Assembly: GCA_021734665.1 (NCBI GenBank)
Contig: JAIPIN010000001.1
Span: forward strand, 1 to 59,759
Length of the DNA stretch: 59,759 bases
Origin: Kiritimatiellales bacterium
GTDB lineage: Bacteria > Patescibacteriota > Gracilibacteria > Peribacterales > Peribacteraceae
Direction: 5' to 3'
Positions 24,554 through 34,766 of the stretch are shown piece after piece; the first letter of the stretch is position 1, and every line of letters begins with the position of its first letter. A program made the position numbers and the translations under genes. Below the pieces are notes generated by a model. That model was not told the DNA's origin, searched no databases, and saw only the letters and a program-made list of their open reading frames with translations.

Positions 24554-26557
24554 TCACTTTAATCTAGATCTCTTGATACTTTTTGTTGATGCTTTCCATA
24601 GTTTACGTGCCGACTGGAACATAGGCCCCAGTATCCAATTTGGAGTAATGTCAGCTAAGAATCTACTTGGTGATTTGCTGCAAACCCAGAAGATTGAATC
24701 TAACAAGTGCTCGAATACTCTGCGCTTAAAAGTAACAGGTGGCATACTCAAGTTAATTTCCGGCACACGCTTGCCGCATCTTTTCATATTTTGAATACGT
24801 AGAAACGATCCTCTTTTTTTAAAGTCTAGTCCGTGCGATTGCATTTGTATGGCTTCTCCTTCGGTAATGTCTTTAAGTTCTAGCTTGCCTTGGTTCGCCA
24901 TCTCTTTTATTAACTCATCGCCAAGTGCCGTTCTTGTAATAAGTAGCGAGAACCCTTTGCCGCGCTCTTCGTACACTGGCGCCCATGCATCTCCGCCAGA
25001 TAGATCGGTAAGCTCGTTGGTAAGATCATGAGAAATCAATGAGCTCTTTGTAATGTGGAAGGGGATTAAATAGTTTGCATGGAATTTTGGCATGCTAATT
25101 ACCTTTCCGTTTTTAAGTGTTACTTCCATATGTCCTGGCCAATCTCCTGCACGGAAATTTAAACTTACAACATCCTGTTTCTTTGCTCCAAATTTTCGCA
25201 AGAAACTTTTAATAGAACTCCCATATAATTCATTCCCGTAGAATGGGCCAAAGATGTATTTAATAGATGCAACCGATGGATGATTCAGTTTTTGTAGTCT
25301 TCTAATAGATAGTACCTGATGCGGTAGGCCAACATATGCCAGAGGCCCTGATTCATTTTCTAGCTCGGATAAAATTACATTAGTAGGCGTGACCGTATAT
25401 TTACTTTGTGCTGATTCTAAAATTTCTTCCTTGGTACGAGCAATCGTTGCTACAGATCTCCATGGATGCTCTTTGTCCATCTTAAGTACTACGGCACCAT
25501 TTATTTTCCCTGTTTCTAATAGATGAATAAGAGCTCCTGTGAGTATGCCGCCGCTTGCAGCATTACTGCGTATGGTTTGATCAGTGTGATTAGCGATTGC
25601 AATCCTTTTATATTCGCCCAGAAGTGAACCGGTATACATCTCACCTGGGCTTATTTCTGGCGATGCACTGTAGCAAATTTCTGGTACAGGTCCGGTTCCG
25701 GTTTTAGTTGGTATACATTCTCCATCAGGATCAGAAAGTTTAAGAGTGCCCTTGGAAAGCCCGATAGATGTTCCGCTGTGCATGCACAAATTTGGTTTCA
25801 ATATTTCCTCCTGAATTTTTGCCCATACCGGATCACGACTTGCTGTTTTTTCTGCAATAAAAAAGTGCCTTATACCCATGCGATTAAAACCAATGTGTCG
25901 CAGTAATCCCAAATGTACTTTTTCTACAAACTTTTTGAGCCATGCAGGGCCAACCGGTAAAAATACAGTTCCCCTATGGTGTATCACTTTAAATTCGCAA
26001 TCACGCATTGCTTTAAGCACCTCTTTTACAGTCATGAATCTGTGTGGACCCTCTCCGTGATTATCAAAAAACTTTTCGTAAATTTGCAGTGGAAGTTCCG
26101 ACCACGCAGGTGGGCAAGAGAGTATTAGTTTCCCTCCAACTTTAAGAACTCTATGGCACTCCAGCAAAAAGTGCAGAGGATCTGGTACATGCTCGAGTGT
26201 TTCTAGTGACACTATTACATCTTTTGATTCTGTTTCGCATGAAAGGTTGTGTAGGTCAGTTTGATCAAATGATTCTTGAGGGAATCTATTTTTTGCAATA
26301 TCAATAAACTTTGCTGAAACTTCCAAATTTTCTATTTCTGCAGTTGGGCATTTTTCTCTTATATATTTAACTGCACTTCCAGTACGCGACCATACATTCA
26401 ATACTTTTAAATTTTCTCCAGCAGGAAAAAATTTTTGCATGGTTGTAAATCGTTCTGAATGTGCCCAGTTAAGACCTTTGTTAACACTATCATATATTTC
26501 GGAAACAGAGTCCCAGTGTTCCCTTACTTGATAAATGTTAAATGAATTTTTTTTCAT
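24554..26557 (-). CDS. fusion protein: N-terminal SAM-methyltransferase-like domain + C-terminal FrhB/FdhB-like (coenzyme F420 hydrogenase/dehydrogenase beta-subunit family) domain
   Basis: 667 aa; residues ~40-200 resemble class I methyltransferases (LKVLNVWSRTGS..., GGKLILSCPP); residues ~330-560 carry AASGGILTGALIHLLETGKINGAVV..., YVGLPHQV, LSGGDAW, typical of FrhB-like proteins. Confidence 0.6.
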   Translation of the reverse strand: MKKNSFNIYQVREHWDSVSEIYDSVNKGLNWAHSERFTTMQKFFPAGENLKVLNVWSRTGSAVKYIREKCPTAEIENLEVSAKFIDIAKNRFPQESFDQTDLHNLSCETESKDVIVSLETLEHVPDPLHFLLECHRVLKVGGKLILSCPPAWSELPLQIYEKFFDNHGEGPHRFMTVKEVLKAMRDCEFKVIHHRGTVFLPVGPAWLKKFVEKVHLGLLRHIGFNRMGIRHFFIAEKTASRDPVWAKIQEEILKPNLCMHSGTSIGLSKGTLKLSDPDGECIPTKTGTGPVPEICYSASPEISPGEMYTGSLLGEYKRIAIANHTDQTIRSNAASGGILTGALIHLLETGKINGAVVLKMDKEHPWRSVATIARTKEEILESAQSKYTVTPTNVILSELENESGPLAYVGLPHQVLSIRRLQKLNHPSVASIKYIFGPFYGNELYGSSIKSFLRKFGAKKQDVVSLNFRAGDWPGHMEVTLKNGKVISMPKFHANYLIPFHITKSSLISHDLTNELTDLSGGDAWAPVYEERGKGFSLLITRTALGDELIKEMANQGKLELKDITEGEAIQMQSHGLDFKKRGSFLRIQNMKRCGKRVPEINLSMPPVTFKRRVFEHLLDSIFWVCSKSPSRFLADITPNWILGPMFQSARKLWKASTKSIKRSRLK

Positions 26558-27395
26558 GAGGTTGTTTTAATGGATATCTGATCCAGAAGTAAGCTCCAAT
26601 ACTAGATGCAAACAAGGTCAGAATGAATATTGTAAAAGAGAATGTAATCGCTTTTTCTGCCGCTATTCCAAGTGTACCAAAGAAATAGATAATGGCTGCA
26701 TCACGAGTGCCAAGACCTGCTGGGGCAATTGGGAGAATACTTATTATTCCTACCAAGGTCATAATTGAGATAAATATAGGTAGCACTATTTGCAGATCAA
26801 ATCCTACGGAAAGTATCCAAAGCTGAAGAAAATAAACACACCAATTAACGACAGTAAGTATAAGTGCGCTCAGCCAACTCTTTATATTAATGTTTGGAAG
26901 CAAAATTTTTCTTGTGAGTAGAATCAGGATCATTATTAAAGATCCTGTAAGCCCAATACCAAATGCAAAATTAGCAGAGATCAGCTTGGCACTTGCCCAT
27001 ATTCCAATTATTCCAAGGATAAGAACATCAAGAGCGCGATCTATAACAGTTATGCTTGTGGCATCTTTTATCTTTAAGCCTTGGTTTACAAGCGCTGGTA
27101 TTTTTATAGCTTCACCTAGTTTGCCAGGTGTTGCTATACCCAAAAAAAGTCCACTCATATATATACGCATCGATTCTTTAAAATTTGTGTCAGCTCCTGC
27201 TGCACTTGTAAGCACATGCCACCTGTATGATTTGATTAAATAAATAACAGGAAAAAGAATTATTGCTGCCACCAACGCTAGTACAGAAACTTGCATTAAA
27301 TTTGTACTGGCCTGTTGAATATCTATTTTCAATAGGATCCAAATAAACAGAACGATGCCTATACCTTTGATGGCGTACATAGGGATACGTTGCAT
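26538..27395 (-). CDS. flippase-like polytopic membrane protein (UPF0104 / lysyl-PG synthase TM-region family)
   Basis: 285 aa, ~8 TM segments, conserved KSYRWHVL and GLGTRDAA motifs. Confidence 0.6.
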   Translation of the reverse strand: MQRIPMYAIKGIGIVLFIWILLKIDIQQASTNLMQVSVLALVAAIILFPVIYLIKSYRWHVLTSAAGADTNFKESMRIYMSGLFLGIATPGKLGEAIKIPALVNQGLKIKDATSITVIDRALDVLILGIIGIWASAKLISANFAFGIGLTGSLIMILILLTRKILLPNINIKSWLSALILTVVNWCVYFLQLWILSVGFDLQIVLPIFISIMTLVGIISILPIAPAGLGTRDAAIIYFFGTLGIAAEKAITFSFTIFILTLFASSIGAYFWIRYPLKQPHEKKFI

Positions 27396-27399
27396 GTAA

Positions 27400-28254
27400 T
27401 TATGAGGAATGAATTTCTCTTCTTACTGCTGCAACTTGGTCTGCTAGTAATCCAAAGAAGAACAAGAAGCCTGTAAGAGTAATGAGTGCAGTCACACTGT
27501 CAGAGATATTATTATTGATGCTCAGTTCAAATATCAAAAGTCCCAAAGTAATTAGCCCACTAACAATGCTCAAAGGAAGTAGCAAGCGCAGGGGAGAGAA
27601 TAGCATCGTAAGACGCAAGATTAACATCAAAGTCTTTACCGCATCACTTGGTCGTACAGTGCTTTTGCCCGTGCGTGGCTTGATGTTTATTGGTACATAA
27701 ACAACATTCAGTCTCTCTCGCAGAAAGCACACGGTGCTAGTTGTAGAAATAGAAAAACCATTTGGGAATAAATGAGAGTATTTGTGGAATGTAGAAACAC
27801 GGAATGCTCGTAATCCAGAATTAAGATCGGGAATCTTAAAATCAGATAGATGGTTTGCAACCATGTGTAGAATTTTCTTTCCTGGCTGTCTGATTAATGG
27901 GCCTTTATATCCTTCTCTCTTGCCAACTACCATGTCGTTGTCATCTTTCATTTCTGTTAGAAGCTTGTCTATTAAATCTGGTGTGTGCTGTCCGTCTGCA
28001 TCGTATGTAATTACCCATTCAGTCTTAGCAGCTCTTACACCGGTCTTTATTGCCGCTCCATATCCTTTATTATAAGCATGAGTTATTACCTTAACTCCTT
28101 CAATTTCTTTAGCTTTAGCTCCTGTTCCGTCCGTTGATCCGTCGTCTATTACAATAACTGTTCCTCTGCCATTTATCGCAGAAAAAAGCTCTTTTAGCAC
28201 TTCAGATATACCTTCTGCTTCGTTATATGCCGGAATAATGATTGTGAACTCCAT
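27400..28254 (-). CDS. polyprenol-phosphate glycosyltransferase (GT2, DPM1/GtrB/ArnC-like) with two C-terminal TM helices
   Basis: FTIIIPAYNEAEGI, VIVIDDGSTDGT, YDADGQH; C-terminal hydrophobic pair. Confidence 0.8.
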   Translation of the reverse strand: MEFTIIIPAYNEAEGISEVLKELFSAINGRGTVIVIDDGSTDGTGAKAKEIEGVKVITHAYNKGYGAAIKTGVRAAKTEWVITYDADGQHTPDLIDKLLTEMKDDNDMVVGKREGYKGPLIRQPGKKILHMVANHLSDFKIPDLNSGLRAFRVSTFHKYSHLFPNGFSISTTSTVCFLRERLNVVYVPINIKPRTGKSTVRPSDAVKTLMLILRLTMLFSPLRLLLPLSIVSGLITLGLLIFELSINNNISDSVTALITLTGFLFFFGLLADQVAAVRREIHSS

Positions 28255-28370
28255 TTCCGTGACAATAATACCTCATTGCCTATTTAGATATAGTGGATTG
28301 GGGGTTTTCTTTTTTTGATACAAAATACCAAAGCCCCAGAATTCCTCCCAAATTAATTATCAAAAACATC

Positions 28371-30035
28371 ATGAGTGTGAGTGCTAGGAAAGATAATAGT
28401 AATACTCAAGTGAGTAATATATTATATAGTCATATTATGCGTAAATTTCATTCCTCTGTTTGGCTGATTCCATTTAGTGTATTTATAGTATTTATTTGGA
28501 TGATTCCGATTTTACTTGCAGGTTATCCATTCTGGATATCGGCCTGCATTAAAAATGCTCGTGATTTTACAGATACTGGCTTGGTTACAGGTATCAGTTC
28601 TTCAATGTCGACAATTATTCTTTGGTTATTTCATCCGGTAATCGACTGGTCAAATATTATGGGATGGACTCTATTAAGTGCTGGGTTCATGATGACTGCA
28701 CTTGTTGTATGGTGGTGGTGTATTTTTAAGATATTTGGTGCAAGAGTGGCTTGGATTTCAACTATTATTTTTGCTCTAATGCCTATGTATTGGGTTGAGG
28801 CAGTTAGGCTAGGTGGTTATTCATTCGCTTTTGTATTTTTATTCCTGTCTTTCCTATCATTTATTTTATTGTTTCCCAGAAATAAAATATTTTCCTCTGT
28901 AATCAGTGGAATATTTTTCGGAGCTACAATTGCATCTAATCATGCATTTTTAACATTCATTATTTGGATTGTGATTGCATATTTGTGGATGCAACGTAAG
29001 CGCTGGAAAGTGGCTTTGCTTGAACTAGTTCTTTTTTTGGGATTTGCATATGCAGCATATGCATCACCATTGATTCCCAATGCACTTCAAACGGATATGA
29101 CTCCATTGGATCGTGTTGCGATATTCTTGCCGTCTACAAAAGAGCACATGACTGGAAATACACATTTGTATCCAGATTCTTATGCTTATGAATTTTTACG
29201 AGATGATTTTGATGAAGTAATTAAGGATCAAGTTGCAGACTTATCTTTTTTGGAGAAACAACAAGGTCAGAACTTTAGAATTATGTTTGGTGTAGAAGAG
29301 GCTGGAATTATTAAAAAAGTACTCAATGGTTTTTGGTTACTTGTAAATGTGCTACCTCCATTGGTGTTAAGCGAAACAGTGGGGGGAATATTTCTTTGGC
29401 TATTTATTTTGCCTGGCATATTCTTTCTCTATAGAGAGAATAAAAAGTTATTGATTTTGATATTTGGCCTTTGGGTGGCAATGGAATTTCAGCTTAGATT
29501 CATATTGCACTATGGCCGTGATCATTTGATGGATGTTGGTTGGGCTCTGTCTATCTTTGCAGCGCTTGGGATAGTGAGCATCAGTAAAGCATTAAAACCC
29601 AAAAAATTATCTTTGAATGTAATATGTATATTAATGCTTATTGTTATTAGCATTCAGTTGGTACAGGCAAATAGAAAGATATTTGCACTACTTTATTACA
29701 AGAGTGAGGTTCCATTAACTTTCGCCATGAAGGATGTTCTTGATGAGTTGCCCGAGAATGCTTTTGTAGCGCATCCTCGCAAAGAAAATATGTTCTTATT
29801 TTCCGACACAGATAGAGTAGTACTTCACAATCCTACAATAGATTTTCTAGCGGAGAGGGGAAGGTTAAAAGAGCCATTCGATTATTACGGAGTGACTCAT
29901 ATATTTGGGTATAATAAAACACGATCAGATCAAATATTAAAAGCAGTAAAAGGAGTGGAGTTAATCGAAGAGCCTGAAATCGAGGGGGTGCCTTTGACAC
30001 CATTAGTGAGACTAATATTGCATGTCGTTAGATAG
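28371..30035 (+). CDS. large polytopic membrane glycosyltransferase-like protein (GT-C fold, ArnT/PMT-like); start uncertain (ATG 28371 or 28437; track GTG 28293)
   Basis: More than 10 predicted TM segments followed by ~120-aa soluble C-terminus; divergent from the polyprenol-P GT2; no WWDxG motif seen. Confidence 0.55.
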   Translation: MSVSARKDNSNTQVSNILYSHIMRKFHSSVWLIPFSVFIVFIWMIPILLAGYPFWISACIKNARDFTDTGLVTGISSSMSTIILWLFHPVIDWSNIMGWTLLSAGFMMTALVVWWWCIFKIFGARVAWISTIIFALMPMYWVEAVRLGGYSFAFVFLFLSFLSFILLFPRNKIFSSVISGIFFGATIASNHAFLTFIIWIVIAYLWMQRKRWKVALLELVLFLGFAYAAYASPLIPNALQTDMTPLDRVAIFLPSTKEHMTGNTHLYPDSYAYEFLRDDFDEVIKDQVADLSFLEKQQGQNFRIMFGVEEAGIIKKVLNGFWLLVNVLPPLVLSETVGGIFLWLFILPGIFFLYRENKKLLILIFGLWVAMEFQLRFILHYGRDHLMDVGWALSIFAALGIVSISKALKPKKLSLNVICILMLIVISIQLVQANRKIFALLYYKSEVPLTFAMKDVLDELPENAFVAHPRKENMFLFSDTDRVVLHNPTIDFLAERGRLKEPFDYYGVTHIFGYNKTRSDQILKAVKGVELIEEPEIEGVPLTPLVRLILHVVR

Positions 30036-30057
30036 TTGTAAGCACAATGTGTATACA

Positions 30058-30873
30058 CTAAACATTTACCCATGGTCGTTCTTGATGGTCATGTGGATGC
30101 TTATTTCCTTCTTGCCCTTTAAATCTAGCAGGATGGTAGAGTTTTTCGGGTTCAGGTACTTCAAAATTTCCATTAACTAATTCATCTTGCACAAAGAAGG
30201 CGTTAACTCCATTTTTATCAGTTCCAAGTAGTGTGTATCCCTTCTCTTTTCCAAGTTTAACAAGTGCGCTCAGGCTTACTCCATAATAATCCGTCTTATC
30301 CCATATAAACTCAGCTTTATAAGGAACGGTTACAGCAGGCTTGTATGGAATACATGCGTTATATTCAATAACTACAACGTGTGGAGTGTAATTAGTTATA
30401 GCTTTCCATACCCAATAGTCATTTCCATCGATATCGATGGAAAGCAGATCGAATTTTTCCGGTACTTCATATTTTTTAAACAGCTCTTCAATATTTTCTG
30501 CATTTATAAACTCATGCTTCACTCCAGTTCCCGGATATGGGTCACCATCCATCATTAGCCCCTTCCAACCTTCATGTTTCCTCAGGTAATAAGTATTACT
30601 CATGTGCTTTCCGTCCCAAGCGCCAAAGTCTACGCAGTACTTGTTCGTAGTCCCAATCATTTTAAATATTGCATGGATGATTCCATCCTCTCCGTTCTGT
30701 GAGTAATTATTGCTTTCGATGAAAGGTATAAAGCGCTGAAATAAGGTGATGTCTTTGATTGGTCTTTTAAATAGTTTAATCAAGTTAAGTGTAATATTGG
30801 CATGATAGAAGCCCTTAATCCAAATTAGAGATTTTCGAGAGCGGCTGGTAATTCGGTATGAAAGACTGACCAT
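30058..30873 (-). CDS. hypothetical enzyme, possibly FkbM-like methyltransferase (start moved to ATG 30873)
   Basis: YSQNGEDGIIHAIF...CVDFGAWDGKHMSNT...LLSIDIDGNDYWV resembles nucleotide-binding folds of FkbM-type methyltransferases; weak call. Confidence 0.4.
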   Translation of the reverse strand: MVSLSYRITSRSRKSLIWIKGFYHANITLNLIKLFKRPIKDITLFQRFIPFIESNNYSQNGEDGIIHAIFKMIGTTNKYCVDFGAWDGKHMSNTYYLRKHEGWKGLMMDGDPYPGTGVKHEFINAENIEELFKKYEVPEKFDLLSIDIDGNDYWVWKAITNYTPHVVVIEYNACIPYKPAVTVPYKAEFIWDKTDYYGVSLSALVKLGKEKGYTLLGTDKNGVNAFFVQDELVNGNFEVPEPEKLYHPARFKGQEGNKHPHDHQERPWVNV

Positions 30874-31057
30874 ATTGTGGAAGAATAATATAGCACCGTG
30901 AAATAATCGAATATTAGAATATTGGGATAATGGGGCTAAAGAAATTCGGATTTGTACATGTATTATACAATAGTTGAATTTGCCAATATTCCAGTACCCC
31001 AATATTTCAGTAAATAATTCATGGAAAATTTGAGATTGCCGTTATACGCTTGAATAT

Positions 31058-32179
31058 ATGCATGTCTGTGTCCTCCAACCCGTCATCGACCCCTTCAAGG
31101 GTGGCAATCATTTATCGTTATTCGCAGCTTTAAGCGATACTCAGTTCACGATTGTGTGCAATAGGAGCAAGGTGCAGGAATCTGAATTGCCATCTAATAT
31201 TAAAGTTATCGAAGTTTCGGGCAGAATAGGTTCATATTATTACGGTTTTTCGGATTTACGATTCGGGCAATTAGTAACAGGCAAATATCCTCCGGAGTCA
31301 GATTTTTGGAAGCAGTTTGATGTAATACATTTAAATCAAGTAATGGGTCCTTCTCTTAGGAATCTCAAAAATACCGGGAAGTCTCTTCTATTTCTAATTC
31401 ATCATCCAGTTACTGCAGATTTGGAGATTGCTTTGCAGGAATCAGGATTTATCGAATCTTTAAAATGGAGACTCAAGTATTATTTTCTAATCAAGTGGCA
31501 GGGCCAGATGTGTAAATTGGCAGATCAAGTAATTACGGTTTCGGGTACGATGCAAAAAAGAATTTCCGATGATTACAAAATCGACCAATCTAAGATTTCT
31601 GTAGTACCAAACGGTGTAGATGTATCAGTTTTTACTCCAGTTGCCGATAGTGAATGTGAATTCGATGTAATCGCAGCGGGCTCATTCATTCATCCGCGTA
31701 AGGGATTTAAATATCTGCTAGAGGTTTACCGAAAATTAAGTGATTCAGGGAAAAAGATTGCAGATGTTGGCCGAAGGTCAGAGCAACAGATTAAAGCGCT
31801 CAGCGAAATTTCCGGAGTACAAGTATATGGAATGGTTAATAACGAAAAGATGGTTGATTTGATGAGACATTCAAGAACTTTGGTATCCACTTCTTTGTTC
31901 GAAGGATTCGGGCTTACTCTGATAGAAACTTTGGCATGCGGCCATCCTGCATTTGCATTTGATGTTGGTGCAGTCAGAGAAGTTTTGGGAGAAATAGATC
32001 CAGATCTGATTGTAGAACCACGTAATATTTCTCATATAGTTAACAAGATTGAAGCGCATCTGGTACTTACATCTCAGGATAGGGAAAAGAAAGGAGAGGA
32101 TTTAAGGACAAAAGTTATTGGCAGGTATTCAATAGATCGTTCTTCTGATGCGCTTAGAGGCATATATATACAGAATTAA
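31058..32179 (+). CDS. family 4 (GT-B, group 1) glycosyltransferase
   Basis: C-terminal E-x7-E region SLFEGFGLTLIETLACGHPAFAFDVGAVREVL. Confidence 0.8.
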   Translation: MHVCVLQPVIDPFKGGNHLSLFAALSDTQFTIVCNRSKVQESELPSNIKVIEVSGRIGSYYYGFSDLRFGQLVTGKYPPESDFWKQFDVIHLNQVMGPSLRNLKNTGKSLLFLIHHPVTADLEIALQESGFIESLKWRLKYYFLIKWQGQMCKLADQVITVSGTMQKRISDDYKIDQSKISVVPNGVDVSVFTPVADSECEFDVIAAGSFIHPRKGFKYLLEVYRKLSDSGKKIADVGRRSEQQIKALSEISGVQVYGMVNNEKMVDLMRHSRTLVSTSLFEGFGLTLIETLACGHPAFAFDVGAVREVLGEIDPDLIVEPRNISHIVNKIEAHLVLTSQDREKKGEDLRTKVIGRYSIDRSSDALRGIYIQN

Positions 32180-32231
32180 AGATACAAATTCTTGTTCTAA
32201 AACCCCTTCTGCGATAGCTTAGATAAGATTT

Positions 32232-34046
32232 ATGGCTGATGATGTGCGGGCCAATATAGGCAAAATGATGATGATATTAAAAGGTATCCATATACATCCG
32301 TTGTACATGTTGATACCAATTTCTTTATCGTTGATTGCTGCAGCATTTGAGGGGGTAGGAATGGGTCTTCTTATACCCATTCTGAATGGGTTTCTTAGTC
32401 ATAGCTTTACATTTATTACAGAATCTACGTTGATCGGTCCGGTTGTGTCTTTGTTGCCTGTATCAATTATAAGCAATGACAGACTTCTTTTTGGTGTCAT
32501 GCTCGCAGGATTCATGATTGTTTTTACATTTAGAAATTTAATCAGATATTTATCTGTTGTTAGTATGTCTTTCTTTTCAGAAAGATCTCTGCATCATCTT
32601 AGAAAGGTTTTATTCACCAGATATTTAAGCTTTGGTAAATTATATTTCGATACATCTAACGTTGGTCATCACAGTACACTGCTTTTGGAGTTTTCACGTC
32701 AAGCAATCAGTCCATTGATGGTTATTGATAAGTTGATAAACGCACTGTTTTCGCTTGCTGCATATTTAGTAGTATTGCTTATGATTTCATGGAAATTAAC
32801 AGTGGTTGCTTTGCCTTTGTTCGTATTTCTACATTTTTCAATCAAGATAATGATTGTAAGAATTAAAGGATTATCTAGATCTATTGCAAAGCGTGGTAGC
32901 GAGCTCGGGAAAAAGTCTGTTGAAATTCTTTCTACAATACCTTTAGTAAAAGCCTATAGAACGGAAAGAAAAGAGCAGCAGAATTATTCTGATATTAGTA
33001 ATGAAAAAGCAAAACTCGATTTTCATGTTAGAGCTTTGCAAGACGTCATACTCCCTGCTCAGGAAATAATTACCATGGTTGTAGCTGTTATGGTTCTGCT
33101 TGGTTCGATATATCTATTTGGGAGAGAGCAAATTGCTTCCGGCCCTGCTCTACTTGTGTACTTTTACATAATCATGAATGCTTCGCACAAGTTTGGTGCG
33201 GTATCTGGTTTTCGTGGAATTGTTGCAAGTTCAAGTGGGCCGTTGGATGAGGTTATGGAGATATTTAGCGAAGAAGGAAAATTCTATGTAAAAGGAGGAG
33301 GCAAAGAATTCACTGGATTTGAAAAAGAAATAAGATTCCAAGACCTTTCATTTGGATATTCAAGTGATAGAAAAGTTTTGAAAAATATTTCTTTTGAGAT
33401 GCAAAAAGGAAAAATGACAGCAATTGTTGGGCCTACTGGCTCAGGAAAAAGCACACTTATTAATTTGTTGATGCGATATTATGAATGTCCTGAAAATGCG
33501 ATATTTATAGACAGTACGGATATTAAAGAATTAACTTTGGATTCCTATCTTAAACATGTAGCACTTGTTAGTCAGGATACTTTGCTACTACATGACAGCT
33601 TAAAAAATAATATTGCCTATGGACTGAAAAATATTTCTGACAAAGATGTTGAAGAGGCTGTGGAGAGAGCTCGTTTAAGTGAATTAATTGGTAAACTCCC
33701 CAATGGTCTTGATACTATGATTGGAGACAGGGGAGTTAAACTAAGTGGAGGAGAAAAACAGCGTGTTTCTATAGCTCGAGCACTTCTTAAGGGTTCAGAA
33801 ATTCTTATTCTGGATGAGGCTACAAGTTCCTTGGATAGCAAAACAGAAAACTTGATTCAGGAAGCAATTGACGAAGCTGTAACTGGGCGCACTTCGATAG
33901 TAATTGCTCATCGCCTTAGCACCATTCAACATGCTGACAATATAGTGGTGATTGAAGATGGCCGCTTTGTGGAAGAGGGCACTTTGGATGAACTATTAAA
34001 CAAAAAAGGTGCATTCCACGAGTTATGGGAGCAACAGAAATTCTAG
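32232..34046 (+). CDS. fused TMD-NBD ABC exporter (MsbA/lipid or glycan flippase-like)
   Basis: 604 aa; six N-terminal TMs, Walker A GPTGSGKST, signature [15 protein letters not shown], Walker B ILILDEATSSLD. Confidence 0.85.
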   Translation: MADDVRANIGKMMMILKGIHIHPLYMLIPISLSLIAAAFEGVGMGLLIPILNGFLSHSFTFITESTLIGPVVSLLPVSIISNDRLLFGVMLAGFMIVFTFRNLIRYLSVVSMSFFSERSLHHLRKVLFTRYLSFGKLYFDTSNVGHHSTLLLEFSRQAISPLMVIDKLINALFSLAAYLVVLLMISWKLTVVALPLFVFLHFSIKIMIVRIKGLSRSIAKRGSELGKKSVEILSTIPLVKAYRTERKEQQNYSDISNEKAKLDFHVRALQDVILPAQEIITMVVAVMVLLGSIYLFGREQIASGPALLVYFYIIMNASHKFGAVSGFRGIVASSSGPLDEVMEIFSEEGKFYVKGGGKEFTGFEKEIRFQDLSFGYSSDRKVLKNISFEMQKGKMTAIVGPTGSGKSTLINLLMRYYECPENAIFIDSTDIKELTLDSYLKHVALVSQDTLLLHDSLKNNIAYGLKNISDKDVEEAVERARLSELIGKLPNGLDTMIGDRGVKLSGGEKQRVSIARALLKGSEILILDEATSSLDSKTENLIQEAIDEAVTGRTSIVIAHRLSTIQHADNIVVIEDGRFVEEGTLDELLNKKGAFHELWEQQKF

Positions 34047-34054
34047 AATGCTTT

Positions 34055-34762
34055 TTATCTATTCTTATACTGCGACTTTTTTTTAAGTAACAATTCAGCA
34101 AGTTCCAAGTCTATCTGAGTATCTATATCAATCGAGGATTCCTGATCCATTATTAGTGGTACGCAATTGCCGCTAAATGGATTTTTTGACTGCAATAGAT
34201 GATCCCTTGTAAATACATACACTGCACCATTATATGCATAGAATTTTTCCGCATTTTTGGCTGATTCATACGGTTTGGCATCTAGCTTGCCTTCGGTAAT
34301 TGTCATTGCTCGTTTGGGACTTTGAAGATAATGGATTTCTTTTACGCTAACTACACAATCCGCATCGGTATGTTTTTGCAGTGCAATCCCTTCGTCAATG
34401 TGAGCAGCTGTGCGCAATGGTGAAGTTGGCTGGAGCAAGACGACCAGCGACGGCGTGTATTGCTCCTGTTTCTCTAGCTCATTAATAGTGTAGTAGACTG
34501 CATCCATAGCATCTGATTCTTCACCTGCGAGTTCATTTGGTCGCATAAATGGTATTTCTACATTACATGCGCGTCCAATTCCGACAATTTCTTCATTGTC
34601 AGTACTTAATACCACTCGCGTTATGAATTTACTTTGGGTTGCCGCTTCGCATGTGTAAGAAATGAGCGGCTTGCCGTTCACAGGCAAAATATTTTTTTTG
34701 GGGATTCTTATAGATCCTCCTCTTGCAATTATGATGCCGAGTACGTCAGAGTTATTTTGCAT
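34055..34762 (-). CDS. CMP-N-acylneuraminate-type cytidylyltransferase (NeuA/LegF family)
   Basis: GIIIARGGSIRIPKKNILPVNGKPLISY N-terminus, characteristic of CTP_transf_3 ulosonate cytidylyltransferases. Confidence 0.85.
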   Translation of the reverse strand: MQNNSDVLGIIIARGGSIRIPKKNILPVNGKPLISYTCEAATQSKFITRVVLSTDNEEIVGIGRACNVEIPFMRPNELAGEESDAMDAVYYTINELEKQEQYTPSLVVLLQPTSPLRTAAHIDEGIALQKHTDADCVVSVKEIHYLQSPKRAMTITEGKLDAKPYESAKNAEKFYAYNGAVYVFTRDHLLQSKNPFSGNCVPLIMDQESSIDIDTQIDLELAELLLKKKSQYKNR

Positions 34763-34766
34763 CTCT

